From a virus, in IMG/VR virus record IMGVR_UViG_3300021135_000003: DNA of 64,000 nucleotides; one strand, given 5' to 3'. This document shows positions 45,614-56,736 of the stretch, in pieces. The position numbers were made by a program, and so were the translations under genes. Numbering within the stretch: the first letter of the stretch is position 1; each line of letters starts with the position of its first letter. The notes beneath the pieces are model-generated. The model made no database searches and had not been told where the DNA came from. It worked only from the letters and a program-made list of their open reading frames with translations.

Positions 45614-45627
45614 TCGGAGAATAAAAG

Positions 45628-48600
45628 ATGGCATCAATAATTAGAATTAAGCGTTCATCGACAGCGGGAAATCCAAGTACACTTGGTGCTGGTGAATTAG
45701 CGTATTCAGCCTACGCTGGCGCAGGTGGTAATCGCTTATATATCGGTATTGGATCAGAGACTACAGGTAATGCAGCAAATCACTATGTAATCGGTGGTAC
45801 TTACTATACTGGTTTAATCGACGCATCAACTGCTGGTACATTAACTACTAACGCATCATCAATTCCAGTTCTATCATCAACTGGTACTATTGATAAGTGG
45901 TTAGTTGGTAATACTCAATTAACTGGTAATACTTTAAGCACAACAAATACCAATGGCAACTTAGTTCTTAATCCGAACGGCACTGGTATGGTTCAAATTG
46001 CTGGTACTTGGACACTACCAAGATCAGCTGGTACTAACACTTACGTATTGACTACCAATGGCACTGATACTGCTTCTTGGCAGCCAACTGTTGCAACATT
46101 ATCTCTTGCAGCTGGTGGTGGTACAACCAGCACAGTAAACCTATTAAATCAGACATTAACAGTCGCTGGTGGTAATGGTATTACTACTACTGTTTCTGGT
46201 CAAACAATTACAATTTCTTCTATCGGTGCAGGTGGATATAGTTCTACTGCCACTGGTGCAGGTGTTACAACTTTATCTGCTTCTAGTCCAGCAAACCAGT
46301 TCTTCACTGGTACAACTACTCAGACTGTTAAACTTCCTGACACATCAACATTAACTGTTGGTCAAGAATACATTCTTACTAATAACAGTACTGGTAATAT
46401 TACTGTTCAAACTTCTACTGGTGGTGGATTATTAGTTCAGCTTGCTGGTCAACAAGTAACATATACCGTTTCATCTATCTCTACTCAATCTTGGGTATAT
46501 GAATACAGTGGTTATAACTCTGTAACTGGTACAGGTTCAGTTGTTCTTGCTAACAGCCCAACTTTAGTAACCCCAACATTAGGTGCTGCAACTGCAACTA
46601 GCATTGTTACTTCTGCTGGTTTAGTTTCTTCTGGTATTTTCAGTGGAACATATTCTGATGGTATAATTCTTGATTACGATTCAGGTAATAGTAATGCTCG
46701 TGTTTCTGCTGGTTCTGGCGATAGTATTACTTTCTACAATGCTGCTGATGCTACTCGTGTTCAATTATTAAAAATTGGATCTACTGGGCATATTACGCTT
46801 GAAGGAGTTACTTCTACTGGAGCAACTGGTACTGGTAATTTTGTATTCAGTACTAGCCCATCATTAACAACTCCAACTATTGGTTCTGCTGGTGCGAACT
46901 TTTCTGGTTCTACTTCTGGTACTATCACTCTTGCAGCTACTGCGATTGCTGGTTCAAATACATTAACATTACCAGCAGCAACTGATACATTAGTTGGTCG
47001 TGCTACTACTGATACATTAACTAATAAGACTTTTGATACAGCTGGCGCAGGAAATGTCTTTAAGATTAATGGAACACAGATTACATCAAATACTGGTACT
47101 GGCGCCAATGTTTTAGCAGTTTCTCCAACAATTACTGGTCATCCAACAATTGAAGGTGTTACTTCTACTGGTGCAACTGGTACTGGTAACTTTGTATTCA
47201 GTTCTAGTCCAATTTTAGTTACTCCAACTCTTGGAGTTGCAACTGCCACAAGTATTAATGGTTTAACAATTAGCACTACTACTGGCACATTAACTCTTGC
47301 CAATGGTAGCACTTTAGTTACTTCTGGTGCATATAGCACTACTTTAACATCTACTGGTTTAACAAACGTAACATTACCAACTACTGGTACTCTTGCTACT
47401 TTAGCCAATAGTGAAACATTAACTAATAAAACTTTATCTACAGGTTCTACTTGGAACGGTAATACAGTTGCTGTTGCTTACGGTGGTACTGGAACTACCA
47501 ATGGTTCTATCACTGGTACTGGCGCATTAGTATTTACTGCTGGTGGAACAAACCAGAACGTAGATTTGGTTCCATCTGGTACTGGTACTGTTGATGTTTC
47601 TTCTGCTCGTATTACTTCTCTAGGTACTCCTACTCAAGCAACTGATGCTGCTACTAAAGCATACGTTGACGGATTGAAGTCTGGTTTAGCAGTTAAATTC
47701 CCTGCTCGTTTAGCAACTACTGGTGCAAACTTATCTGTAACTGCTTCTGGTTCTGGCGCAGGAAAAACTCTTACTAACTCTGGCACACAAGCTGCTTTAG
47801 TTATTGACTCTGTTCCTGCTGTTGTTGGTGATCGTGTTCTTATTAAAGATCAATCAACTGCTAAAGATAATGGTATCTTTGTTGTTACAAATATCGGTTC
47901 TGCTTCTACAAACTGGGTATTGACTCGCGCAACTGATGCTGATGGCGCAACAACTACTGGTACAATGGATCCAGGTGCATTTATCTTTGTTACTGAGGGT
48001 ACATTAAATGCTAACTCTGGTTACGTAATTGCTGAGTTTTCTTCTGATGTAGCAACTATTACTGTTGATACAAACCCAATTAACTTCGTTCAGTTCTCAG
48101 GTGCTGGTGAAATTAATGCTGGTTCTGGTTTATCTAAGAATGGTAATACACTATCAGTAAACGTAGATAATGCAACATTATCAATTACTGGTGGTAACCT
48201 ACAAGTTAATACAGGCTACGTTGGTCAAACAAGCATTACTACATTAGGTACTATTACTACTGGTACTTGGCATGGTAACGTACTTGGCGCTACATATGGT
48301 GGTACTGGTGTTAACAATGGTTCAAATACTATCACTCTTGGTGGTAATATTAACACTGCTGGTGCACTTACAACTTATGGCGCATTCCCAATTGCAATTA
48401 CTGCAACTGCCAATACTGGTGTAACACTACCAACTACTGGTACTCTTGCTACTCTGGCAAACTCAGAAACACTAACTAATAAGACACTTGGTTCAGGTTC
48501 TACTTGGAATGGTAATACTATAAATGTTGGATATGGTGGTACTGGTATTACTACTGCTACTCAGTATGGTATCGTTTATGGTAATGGTTCTGGTCCACTA

Positions 48601-48717
48601 CAAGTTACTGCTGCAGCTGCTGGTGGTTCTGGAACTGATTTAAGTTATCAAATATTAACTGTGAATTCTTCTGGAGTTCCAATGTGGTCATCATCAATTG
48701 ATGGTGGTACGTATTAA
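45628..48717 (+). CDS. Long tail fiber protein
   Basis: IRIKRSS..GELAY N-term, Thr/Gly-rich repeats, DAATKAYVD, ends IDGGTY. Confidence 0.85.
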   Translation: MASIIRIKRSSTAGNPSTLGAGELAYSAYAGAGGNRLYIGIGSETTGNAANHYVIGGTYYTGLIDASTAGTLTTNASSIPVLSSTGTIDKWLVGNTQLTGNTLSTTNTNGNLVLNPNGTGMVQIAGTWTLPRSAGTNTYVLTTNGTDTASWQPTVATLSLAAGGGTTSTVNLLNQTLTVAGGNGITTTVSGQTITISSIGAGGYSSTATGAGVTTLSASSPANQFFTGTTTQTVKLPDTSTLTVGQEYILTNNSTGNITVQTSTGGGLLVQLAGQQVTYTVSSISTQSWVYEYSGYNSVTGTGSVVLANSPTLVTPTLGAATATSIVTSAGLVSSGIFSGTYSDGIILDYDSGNSNARVSAGSGDSITFYNAADATRVQLLKIGSTGHITLEGVTSTGATGTGNFVFSTSPSLTTPTIGSAGANFSGSTSGTITLAATAIAGSNTLTLPAATDTLVGRATTDTLTNKTFDTAGAGNVFKINGTQITSNTGTGANVLAVSPTITGHPTIEGVTSTGATGTGNFVFSSSPILVTPTLGVATATSINGLTISTTTGTLTLANGSTLVTSGAYSTTLTSTGLTNVTLPTTGTLATLANSETLTNKTLSTGSTWNGNTVAVAYGGTGTTNGSITGTGALVFTAGGTNQNVDLVPSGTGTVDVSSARITSLGTPTQATDAATKAYVDGLKSGLAVKFPARLATTGANLSVTASGSGAGKTLTNSGTQAALVIDSVPAVVGDRVLIKDQSTAKDNGIFVVTNIGSASTNWVLTRATDADGATTTGTMDPGAFIFVTEGTLNANSGYVIAEFSSDVATITVDTNPINFVQFSGAGEINAGSGLSKNGNTLSVNVDNATLSITGGNLQVNTGYVGQTSITTLGTITTGTWHGNVLGATYGGTGVNNGSNTITLGGNINTAGALTTYGAFPIAITATANTGVTLPTTGTLATLANSETLTNKTLGSGSTWNGNTINVGYGGTGITTATQYGIVYGNGSGPLQVTAAAAGGSGTDLSYQILTVNSSGVPMWSSSIDGGTY

Positions 48718-48731
48718 TTAAAATTTAGTAT

Positions 48732-48766
48732 AGAGGGAATTTTTATTCCCTCTGTTAACCTTTTTA
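48732..48766 (+). terminator. Hairpin/terminator-like element between fiber genes
   Basis: AGAGGGAAT-TTTT-ATTCCCTCT; U-tract offset from stem. Confidence 0.5.
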
Positions 48767-48775
48767 GGGATATGA

Positions 48776-50704
48776 ATGAGTACAGGAATTCTACTCAAGA
48801 AGTCATCAGTCTCAGGTAAAGTACCTCAGCCTACTGACTTAAATTACGGTGAAATAGCATTAAACTATGCTGATGGATTATTGTATTTTAAAAATTCTTC
48901 TAATACAATACAATCATTCACAAGTAATCTTTCATCATATGTTACCTTAACAGGTACACAAACCCTAACAAATAAAACCCTTTCTAGTCCAACTCTTACT
49001 GGTGCAGTAACAGCAGGTGGATCTACTGGAACTGCGGGACAATATCTACAAACAACTGGTACTGGTGTTCAGTGGGCAAATATTGCCACTGGGATTTCAT
49101 ATACTTTAGTAAATTCAAATACTACCGCAGTATCTGGTCAAGGTTATTTGGCGAATACGATTGGTGGTAGTTTTACAATTACCCTTCCAGCATCTCCACA
49201 AAATGGTAATTATGTAGTTATTGCTGACGATGCAAATTTTAATAGCAATAATTTAACCATTGCTGGTAATGGTTCTAGTATTGATGGTTATAATGCAAAT
49301 TTAGTGGCTGATGTTGCGGGAGTTGCAATAACTTTAGTGTTTGACGGAACTACTTGGAAAGTATATGCTCAAGTTGGAGCAACTGCTGGATACACAAATA
49401 CATTTAATGTACCAACTGCCACTAATAGTAATCTTGGTATAGTTCAACCAGACGGAACAACTATAACAATTAACTCTGGTGTAATCTCTGCTGCAAATCA
49501 ATCTTTTCAGCCAAATGGCGTAACTAATATTACTGCCAACAATACAACAACTACACTAACAGTTTCTACTGCTATAAACATAACAGTATCAGGAAATAAT
49601 ACTCAGATAATTAAATTACCTGATGCTACTACATTAAAAGCTGGCTGGATTTTCCGTATTAATAATAACACAAGTAGCGCATCGAGTTTAACAATAAACA
49701 ACAATGGTGGTGGCCAAGTTGGAACAGTTCCGCAGGGTGGTGATTGTCAAGTAATTTTATTAGATAATTCAACAACAAACGGATCATGGGATTTCCATGG
49801 TTGGATTCCTTCTAATCTTTTAATGGGGTCATCAGTTTTTCAACTAGGATCTTCCTCATATACTATTGGTCCATATAATTCCGCATTAAGTATTGGCACG
49901 TCAACTGCTGCAACTACATACAATTTTGGAACTGGTGCAACATTATCAGGTAATACCAAAACAATTAACATTGGTACTGGCGGTGCATCTGGTTCAACAA
50001 CAGTTGTAAATATTGGTTCGTCAAACTCTAGTAGTGTTGTTCTAAGTGGATTAATATCTTTAAACTATACTGGTGCTGGTTCTACTTCTACTTTAAACCT
50101 TGCTGGTTATAACAGCAAAGGTGGTACTGGTTATCACGACTTTTTAGTAGCAACTAATGGATATGGTAGCGCATCAAATCCAAACAAATGGTTTAGAATA
50201 GATTCTACTGGTAGTTTACAAGTTATTAATAGCGCATATTCTACAACTCTGTTTAGTTTAACTGATACTGGCGATTTAGGTATTAATGGTAGCATAACAA
50301 TGCCAAATCGACCAGCATTCCGAGTTTATGGTGGTGGCACAACAGCGATTAACGCAACAAATACACTTACTAGCAGCAACTGGGTTGTTGATTATCAGCA
50401 GGGTTCTAACTTAAACGGATCTACTGGTATTTTTACTGCTCCATTTGCTGGTTTATATCAAGTTAATCTAGTGGCAAGATGGGGTGGATCCGCAAATACA
50501 TCCGCAATTCAAGTTCAGAAAACAAGCGGTGGAACTACGACAACCCAAGTATATCTAGAGTGGGGTGGAAACTCAACAGCATTTCACTATGGTGGTTCTG
50601 CCGTTGTTAAACTCGCAGCTAATGATACACTTAAAGTAACTGTTACTTCTGGTACTGTTACATTTGATGCCAATGACTGTTGGTCCGTGGCTTTTATAGG
50701 ATAA
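48776..50704 (+). CDS. Tail fiber with C-terminal C1q-like domain
   Basis: ILLKKSS..GEIALNYADG N-term; PAFRVY...GIFTAPFAGLYQV...VKLAANDTL C-term. Confidence 0.8.
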   Translation: MSTGILLKKSSVSGKVPQPTDLNYGEIALNYADGLLYFKNSSNTIQSFTSNLSSYVTLTGTQTLTNKTLSSPTLTGAVTAGGSTGTAGQYLQTTGTGVQWANIATGISYTLVNSNTTAVSGQGYLANTIGGSFTITLPASPQNGNYVVIADDANFNSNNLTIAGNGSSIDGYNANLVADVAGVAITLVFDGTTWKVYAQVGATAGYTNTFNVPTATNSNLGIVQPDGTTITINSGVISAANQSFQPNGVTNITANNTTTTLTVSTAINITVSGNNTQIIKLPDATTLKAGWIFRINNNTSSASSLTINNNGGGQVGTVPQGGDCQVILLDNSTTNGSWDFHGWIPSNLLMGSSVFQLGSSSYTIGPYNSALSIGTSTAATTYNFGTGATLSGNTKTINIGTGGASGSTTVVNIGSSNSSSVVLSGLISLNYTGAGSTSTLNLAGYNSKGGTGYHDFLVATNGYGSASNPNKWFRIDSTGSLQVINSAYSTTLFSLTDTGDLGINGSITMPNRPAFRVYGGGTTAINATNTLTSSNWVVDYQQGSNLNGSTGIFTAPFAGLYQVNLVARWGGSANTSAIQVQKTSGGTTTTQVYLEWGGNSTAFHYGGSAVVKLAANDTLKVTVTSGTVTFDANDCWSVAFIG

Positions 50705-50714
50705 TAAATATAAT

Positions 50715-50954
50715 ATGTCTTCTGGAAATCCTACCCTTCTATCACAGATTTTACCAACTGGTAATGGATCAGGTGGAACAACACTTCCAACACCATATGT
50801 TGCAGGAGAGTTTTTAACAAATAATGGTACTACTCTTTCCTGGGCTTCAATAACATCTGGAAATAACAATGGGTTTCCCATAGCAGATATGGGTTTAATT
50901 ACAGATTCAATTTCTGCAGCTGCAACAGTAGACGCAGGATCAATAGCGAGTTAA
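50715..50954 (+). CDS. Small fiber-associated protein
   Basis: GEFLTNNGTTLSW, DMGLITD; ATAAATA at 50704-50710. Confidence 0.65.
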   Translation: MSSGNPTLLSQILPTGNGSGGTTLPTPYVAGEFLTNNGTTLSWASITSGNNNGFPIADMGLITDSISAAATVDAGSIAS

Positions 50955-50959
50955 GATAA

Positions 50960-53797
50960 ATGTCAATTCAATTTCAACTAAGACGAGGTACGAGCACTCA
51001 GTTTGCTACTTTTACAGGAGCACTTGGTGAAGTCACATACAACACAACAGCTGGTTCTATTAGAGTACATGATGGATCTACTGTCGGTGGTATTGAAATG
51101 CTTCGTCTTGATTTGGCAAATATTGGCGGGTCAATTCCCAATACAGCTTTATCGCATTCTACTATTTCGGGTGTCGCTCTTGGTTCAAATTTAAATGCAT
51201 TAACTATCGGTACTGGTTTATCTGGTACTTCTTATAATGGTACAACTGGTGTAACTATTGCTCTTGCTGCATCTGGTGTTACTGCTGGTTCTTATGGTTC
51301 TTCTACTGCAGTTCCAGTTATTACTTTTGATACATATGGTCGCGCAACAAGCGTAAGTACTGCTTCTATTTCCAGCGCAATTAGTTTTACTGGTGACGTA
51401 ACTGGTTCAGGTACTACTGGAAGTAGTACTGCTTTAACTCTAGCGACAGTTAATAGTAACGTAGGTTCTTTTGGTTCCGCAAGCACTACATTATCAGCAA
51501 CAGTTAATGCCAAAGGATTAATAACAGCGATCTCTTCTCAAGCAATCGCAATTGCCAATACTCAGGTTTCTGGGCTTGGCACTATGTCAACACAATCTGC
51601 TAGTTCAGTTAATATTACTGGTGGAACAATAAATGGTACTGCAATCGGTGGAACAACTCCTGCAGCAATTGCTGGTACTACAATTACTGGTACTACATTA
51701 ACATCAACAGTAGCTACTGGAAGTGCGCCATTAGTAGTTACATCTACGACTCCTGTTGCAAATTTAAGTATTGGTGCTGGTGGTAGTTATCAGGGTAATG
51801 TTATCTCTGGAACTTATGGTGGTACTGGTGTTAATAATGGTTCAAATACATTAACACTTGCTGGCAATGTGACACACGCTGGTTCGTTTACCCAAACATT
51901 TACTGCAACTGCTAATACTTCTCTTACGCTTCCAACTACTGGTACTCTTGCTACTTTAGCTGGCGCAGAAACATTTACTAATAAAACTATTAGTGGTTTA
52001 ACAAATACTTTTACGTCTATTCCAAATAGTTCGTTATCAAATTCATCAGTAACAATTGGTTCTACAAACGTAGCATTAGGCGCAACTTCAACAAGTATAT
52101 CTGGTTTAACTGCCATAGATGGTACTTCTGGCGCAACATCTTTCTTCGCTACACCAACAAGCCCAACTCTGTTTGCTGCTGGTACTTCTATTAATATTGG
52201 TGCTTCTACTGGTACAACTACTGTTAATAATAACATGGTTGTTACTGGTAACTTTACAGTAAATGGAACTACTGAAACAATTAACTCAACAACAATGGTT
52301 GTTGCAGATAAAAATATTGAAATTGGTAAAGTTGGCACGCCAACAGATACTACTGCAAATGGTGGTGGTATTCTTTTATATGGCTCCACAAATAAAACTT
52401 TCCAATGGGCTTCTTCAACAAGCGCATGGACTTCTTCTGAAAATATTGCACTTGCTGCTGGTAAAAGTCAATTATTTAATGGTTCTACTTCAGGAACTAT
52501 TACTTTAACATCAGCAGCGATTGCTGGAACTAACACTATTACTTTACCAGCAACCACTGGTACTGTTGTAACAACTGGTGATACTGGTACTGTTACAAAT
52601 ACAATGTTGGCTGGATCAATTGCTAACTCTAAATTAACAAATAGTTCAGTAACAATTGGTTCTACAAACGTGGCACTTGGTGCTACGGTAACTACTTTTG
52701 CTGGTTTAACATCTGTTACTTCTACTACCTTTGTTGGTGCATTAACTGGCAATGCTAGTACTGCAACTACTTTACAAACTCCTAGAAATATTAATGGAGT
52801 AGCATTTGATGGTTCTGCTAATATAATTATTGCGGCAAGCACAACAAATGCATTAACTATTGGTACTGGTCTAACAGGAACATCTTTTAATGGTTCTTCT
52901 GCAGTAACTGTAGCATTAGCATCCTCTGGTGTTACCGCTGGATCTTATGGATCCGCGACTGCTATCCCTGTATTATCAATAGATCAATATGGACGTATAA
53001 CATCAGCATCTACTATTGCTTTATCTAGCACAATAGCGTTTAGTGGAGATGTAACTGGTTCAGGTACTACTGGAACTACTACGGCAATGACCCTTGCCAC
53101 AGTTAATACCAACGTAGGTTCTTTTGGTTCTACCACACAAATACCAGTTGTTACTGTTAATGCAAAAGGTTTAGTCACTGCAGTTTCTACCGCTTCAATA
53201 TCTGGTGCAATTACTTTAAGTGGTGATGCAACAGGTACTGGTACTACTGGCGGAACAACAACAGTTACTTTAGCTTCTGTTGGAACTGCAGGTACTTATA
53301 CTAAGATAACAACAAATTCTAAAGGACTGGTTACTGCTGGTTCAAATGCTACCACTGATGATATTGCTCAGGGATCTTCTAATCTTTATTTTAGTGTTCC
53401 ATTAGCAAGAGCTTCGATAAGCGCAAGTGGTATTGCTTCTTATAATTCATCTACTGGGGTTATTAATGTAAATAATCCAACTCTACAATCACTGTCTGGA
53501 GTTAATATAAGTAGTCCTGCTGCTAACCAAGTATTAACATATACTGGTTCAGCATGGATTAATGCAGCATCAAACGCAACAGTTGCTTCTGCGATTTTTG
53601 CAACTTCTGCTTCAGATCTTGGTTACGTCACTGATAATAATATTACCATTACTGAAGATGAAGGAACAGTATATTCTACCGCAAATAATATTTACGATTG
53701 CGGTATTTTAAGTTTTACAGGTATTATTTCGTTAAACAACATCGACCAATCAGTCAAATCAGATTATTTGGCTCAAGCACTTATTTTTGGTTTCTAA
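50960..53797 (+). CDS. Tail fiber with Mtd_N-like N-terminal domain and internal duplication
   Basis: QFQLRRGT..FTGALGEVT..RVHDGSTVGG; about 110-aa module duplicated near 51196 and 52847. Confidence 0.85.
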   Translation: MSIQFQLRRGTSTQFATFTGALGEVTYNTTAGSIRVHDGSTVGGIEMLRLDLANIGGSIPNTALSHSTISGVALGSNLNALTIGTGLSGTSYNGTTGVTIALAASGVTAGSYGSSTAVPVITFDTYGRATSVSTASISSAISFTGDVTGSGTTGSSTALTLATVNSNVGSFGSASTTLSATVNAKGLITAISSQAIAIANTQVSGLGTMSTQSASSVNITGGTINGTAIGGTTPAAIAGTTITGTTLTSTVATGSAPLVVTSTTPVANLSIGAGGSYQGNVISGTYGGTGVNNGSNTLTLAGNVTHAGSFTQTFTATANTSLTLPTTGTLATLAGAETFTNKTISGLTNTFTSIPNSSLSNSSVTIGSTNVALGATSTSISGLTAIDGTSGATSFFATPTSPTLFAAGTSINIGASTGTTTVNNNMVVTGNFTVNGTTETINSTTMVVADKNIEIGKVGTPTDTTANGGGILLYGSTNKTFQWASSTSAWTSSENIALAAGKSQLFNGSTSGTITLTSAAIAGTNTITLPATTGTVVTTGDTGTVTNTMLAGSIANSKLTNSSVTIGSTNVALGATVTTFAGLTSVTSTTFVGALTGNASTATTLQTPRNINGVAFDGSANIIIAASTTNALTIGTGLTGTSFNGSSAVTVALASSGVTAGSYGSATAIPVLSIDQYGRITSASTIALSSTIAFSGDVTGSGTTGTTTAMTLATVNTNVGSFGSTTQIPVVTVNAKGLVTAVSTASISGAITLSGDATGTGTTGGTTTVTLASVGTAGTYTKITTNSKGLVTAGSNATTDDIAQGSSNLYFSVPLARASISASGIASYNSSTGVINVNNPTLQSLSGVNISSPAANQVLTYTGSAWINAASNATVASAIFATSASDLGYVTDNNITITEDEGTVYSTANNIYDCGILSFTGIISLNNIDQSVKSDYLAQALIFGF

Positions 53798-53807
53798 AGG
53801 ATAGAAC

Positions 53808-56711
53808 ATGGCACGTCAGCTAATTGAAAAGTATGTCTTTACTCCAGGTCCAGCAGGACAGGGAACATTATTATTCCCTGGTAAAGTGGATCTAACCCAG
53901 TTATTAATTATTGCAAATAAAACAGCGCAGACAAATATCTACGCTCTTGGCGATCCTACCAAAAATGGTACGATTGTATATAATCCAAACGATACTACAT
54001 TTACTCCACAACCAAGTGGTTTTGGGTATACAATGGGTTCACAAACTTCTGAACAGTTAGGAACATCATTGGTTACTTTTGGTGCTGATACTTCAACAAT
54101 GTTGAGCACAGATAAGATTGCAATTTATTCTGACGCACCTAAACAAATCGGTAATATTGTTCGCCCATATGCGTTTGGTGTTGATGCTATTGAACGTATG
54201 CGTGTTGCTGAACCACAGGCTATGATCGACGCTGACTTTGAATATGGTCTCCAACCAACAAAGTGGCAAAATTTTGCACACAATAGATTGATCCCAGGTA
54301 TTTTTGAAAAACCAGGTCTTGACTTATTCGTTACCAATATTACATCAGATGGAGGCAATCCATCAGTTATGACTGTTACTTGTTCACAGGCTCACGGTCT
54401 TACAGCTGGATCTCCAGTTATTGTATTCGGTTTAACAGGTACTCAATATTATGCTCGTGCTGAAGGTTCATTCGTTGTTGTTTCTACGCCAACAACAACT
54501 ACATTTACTTACTACGCAAAAGGTATTGTTGGTACAAACGGATTAAGCGTTTTCCAAGGAAGTTCTTATGCACGTAAAGGTGGTTTCTATGCTGGGTCAC
54601 AAATTCCAATTGCATCTGTAACATCTGATGGTAACTCTCCATCTAAGATTACTGTAACATGTTCTGCTAATCATGGTATTGTTCCAGGAACTCCATTAAT
54701 TAATACTGTTCAATCAAGTGGTACTAACCATGTTTACATGCAAGGTAACTTCTACGCTGAGACAGTTCCTTCTCCAACTACCTTTACGTTTACTGCTCAG
54801 GTTGGTGGTGCCGTACAAAACTCTGGTATATCAATAACTTCCCACGTTCGTTCTGATGCGTTCGTTCAGCACAGACCATTTGATGGTGGTATTAACTTGG
54901 GAACTTTCGTTTCAAGTCATGGTGCTTCTATATCTCGTCAGACTAAGAAATATATCCGTTACCAATCTGGTAAAGGTATTATGTGGACTTCTGGTGTTTT
55001 GTTTAACCCAGTTCTTAACCTTGACCAAATTTCTGCAAACGGAACAACAGTTGGTTCTGTAATTACTGTTTCAACTGAAGTTGACCATGGTATTCAAGCT
55101 GGCGCAACAATTGTTATCTCAGGTGTTGTTACTGCAGGATATAATGGAACTTATGGTGTTACTGGTGTAGTTTCTGAAAACCAATTTACTATTGCAGCAA
55201 CAACTCCATTGGGTTCTGCTTCTTCAGTGTTGACAAATCTTCCACGTGTTACAGTTACTAACTGGCATGGCGCAACTACTCGTTGTGGTACGTTTGATGA
55301 TCAAAATGGATTATTCTGGGAATTTGATGGGCGAGAATTAGCAGTTGTTAAACGTGCCTCAGTTTTTCAAACATCAGGATTCGTTTCAGTAACTCCAGGC
55401 TCACAAACTGTAACTGGAACATCTACTCGTTTTACTCAACAATTAAAAGTTGGTGATAACGTAGTTATTCGTGGTATGTCATATAAAGTTAATGCTATCA
55501 CAAGTGATACATCAATGACAGTTAATCCACCATATCGTGGTATTAATGCATCAAGTCTTATTAAATTATCTTTAACAATTGATACTCGTTACCCACAATC
55601 TCAATTTAATATTGATAAAATTGATGGTACTGGTATTTCTGGTTATCAAATCTCTGTTAATAAAATGCAGATGTTGGGTATTAGCTGGTCTTGGTATGGT
55701 GCTGGTTTTATTGATTTTATGTGCCGTGGTTCTGATGGTAACATGATTCTTGTTCACCGCATGAAACAAAATAACGTAAACGATTCTGCTTACATGCGTT
55801 CTGGTAACATGGTTGCTCGATACCAAGCCATCAATGAATCTGCTGCTGATCGTTTAATGGCAAGTATGACAAGCACTGATACTACATTAACATTAAATGA
55901 TGCTTTAAGATTTCCAACAAGTGGCGGAACAGTTTTAGTTGAAAATGAATTGATTAATTATACTGGTGTTTCTGGTAATCAATTAACTGGTTTAACACGT
56001 GGTGCATCGATGACATTCTTTATCGGTGGATCTAATAAAACATTTACTGGTGGCGCAGCAGGAATCCATGCGGTTGGCAATGGATTTAATTCGGTAACAT
56101 TAGTTTCTTGTACTGCTTCTCCTGTTGTTAACCACTGGGGTTCTTCTTATATTACTGATGGTAAGTTTGATAACGATCGTGGTTACTACTTTAACTATCA
56201 ACAACAGGTTACTAATTTAGCAGCCAATGCATCGGTAACAGCGTTCTACCTACGTCTAGCACCTTCTGTTTCTAACTCAATTGCTGGAGTTTTCGGAGAT
56301 AGAGATCTTGTCAATCGTGCGCAATTATTGCTGCAATCATTACAAATTCAGTCTGACCAATCAGTTACTGTTACTGGTATTTTAAATCCAGGTAATACCG
56401 ATGCATCATCATTAACATGGACAAACGTAAACACAACTGCATTAGGTTCACAACCTTCTTTTGCACAAATTTCAACAAGTTCAGCAACTGCTGCTACTCC
56501 AGGCGAACAGTTATTTGGTACACTTGGACAGCCAGGAGGTTTCGCTTCTATTGACTTATCCAACTTGAAAGAATTTGGTAACTCAGTAATTGGTGGTTAT
56601 AGTAACTTCCCTGACGGTCCAGACGTTTTGGCAGTTGTAATTAAAAACAACAGTACTACAACTGCTGCGAATCCAATTGTCAACTTATTCTGGACAGAAG
56701 CGCAAGCATAA
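53808..56711 (+). CDS. Large virion structural protein with repeated beta-sandwich modules
   Basis: Repeated VTCS..HG...G...F.V...TTFT(Y/F) units; RQTKKYIRYQSGKG, SWYGAG. Confidence 0.7.
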   Translation: MARQLIEKYVFTPGPAGQGTLLFPGKVDLTQLLIIANKTAQTNIYALGDPTKNGTIVYNPNDTTFTPQPSGFGYTMGSQTSEQLGTSLVTFGADTSTMLSTDKIAIYSDAPKQIGNIVRPYAFGVDAIERMRVAEPQAMIDADFEYGLQPTKWQNFAHNRLIPGIFEKPGLDLFVTNITSDGGNPSVMTVTCSQAHGLTAGSPVIVFGLTGTQYYARAEGSFVVVSTPTTTTFTYYAKGIVGTNGLSVFQGSSYARKGGFYAGSQIPIASVTSDGNSPSKITVTCSANHGIVPGTPLINTVQSSGTNHVYMQGNFYAETVPSPTTFTFTAQVGGAVQNSGISITSHVRSDAFVQHRPFDGGINLGTFVSSHGASISRQTKKYIRYQSGKGIMWTSGVLFNPVLNLDQISANGTTVGSVITVSTEVDHGIQAGATIVISGVVTAGYNGTYGVTGVVSENQFTIAATTPLGSASSVLTNLPRVTVTNWHGATTRCGTFDDQNGLFWEFDGRELAVVKRASVFQTSGFVSVTPGSQTVTGTSTRFTQQLKVGDNVVIRGMSYKVNAITSDTSMTVNPPYRGINASSLIKLSLTIDTRYPQSQFNIDKIDGTGISGYQISVNKMQMLGISWSWYGAGFIDFMCRGSDGNMILVHRMKQNNVNDSAYMRSGNMVARYQAINESAADRLMASMTSTDTTLTLNDALRFPTSGGTVLVENELINYTGVSGNQLTGLTRGASMTFFIGGSNKTFTGGAAGIHAVGNGFNSVTLVSCTASPVVNHWGSSYITDGKFDNDRGYYFNYQQQVTNLAANASVTAFYLRLAPSVSNSIAGVFGDRDLVNRAQLLLQSLQIQSDQSVTVTGILNPGNTDASSLTWTNVNTTALGSQPSFAQISTSSATAATPGEQLFGTLGQPGGFASIDLSNLKEFGNSVIGGYSNFPDGPDVLAVVIKNNSTTTAANPIVNLFWTEAQA

Positions 56712-56736
56712 TAAATAGAGAAAATAGAGGAATAAC

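Noticed and set aside
46761-53178. Several long minus-strand ORFs (e.g. 51814..52389) and Leu/Val-rich alternate-frame ORFs
   Set aside because: Shadow frames produced by ACT/GGT/TCT codon bias in Thr/Gly-rich fiber genes; no SD or motifs
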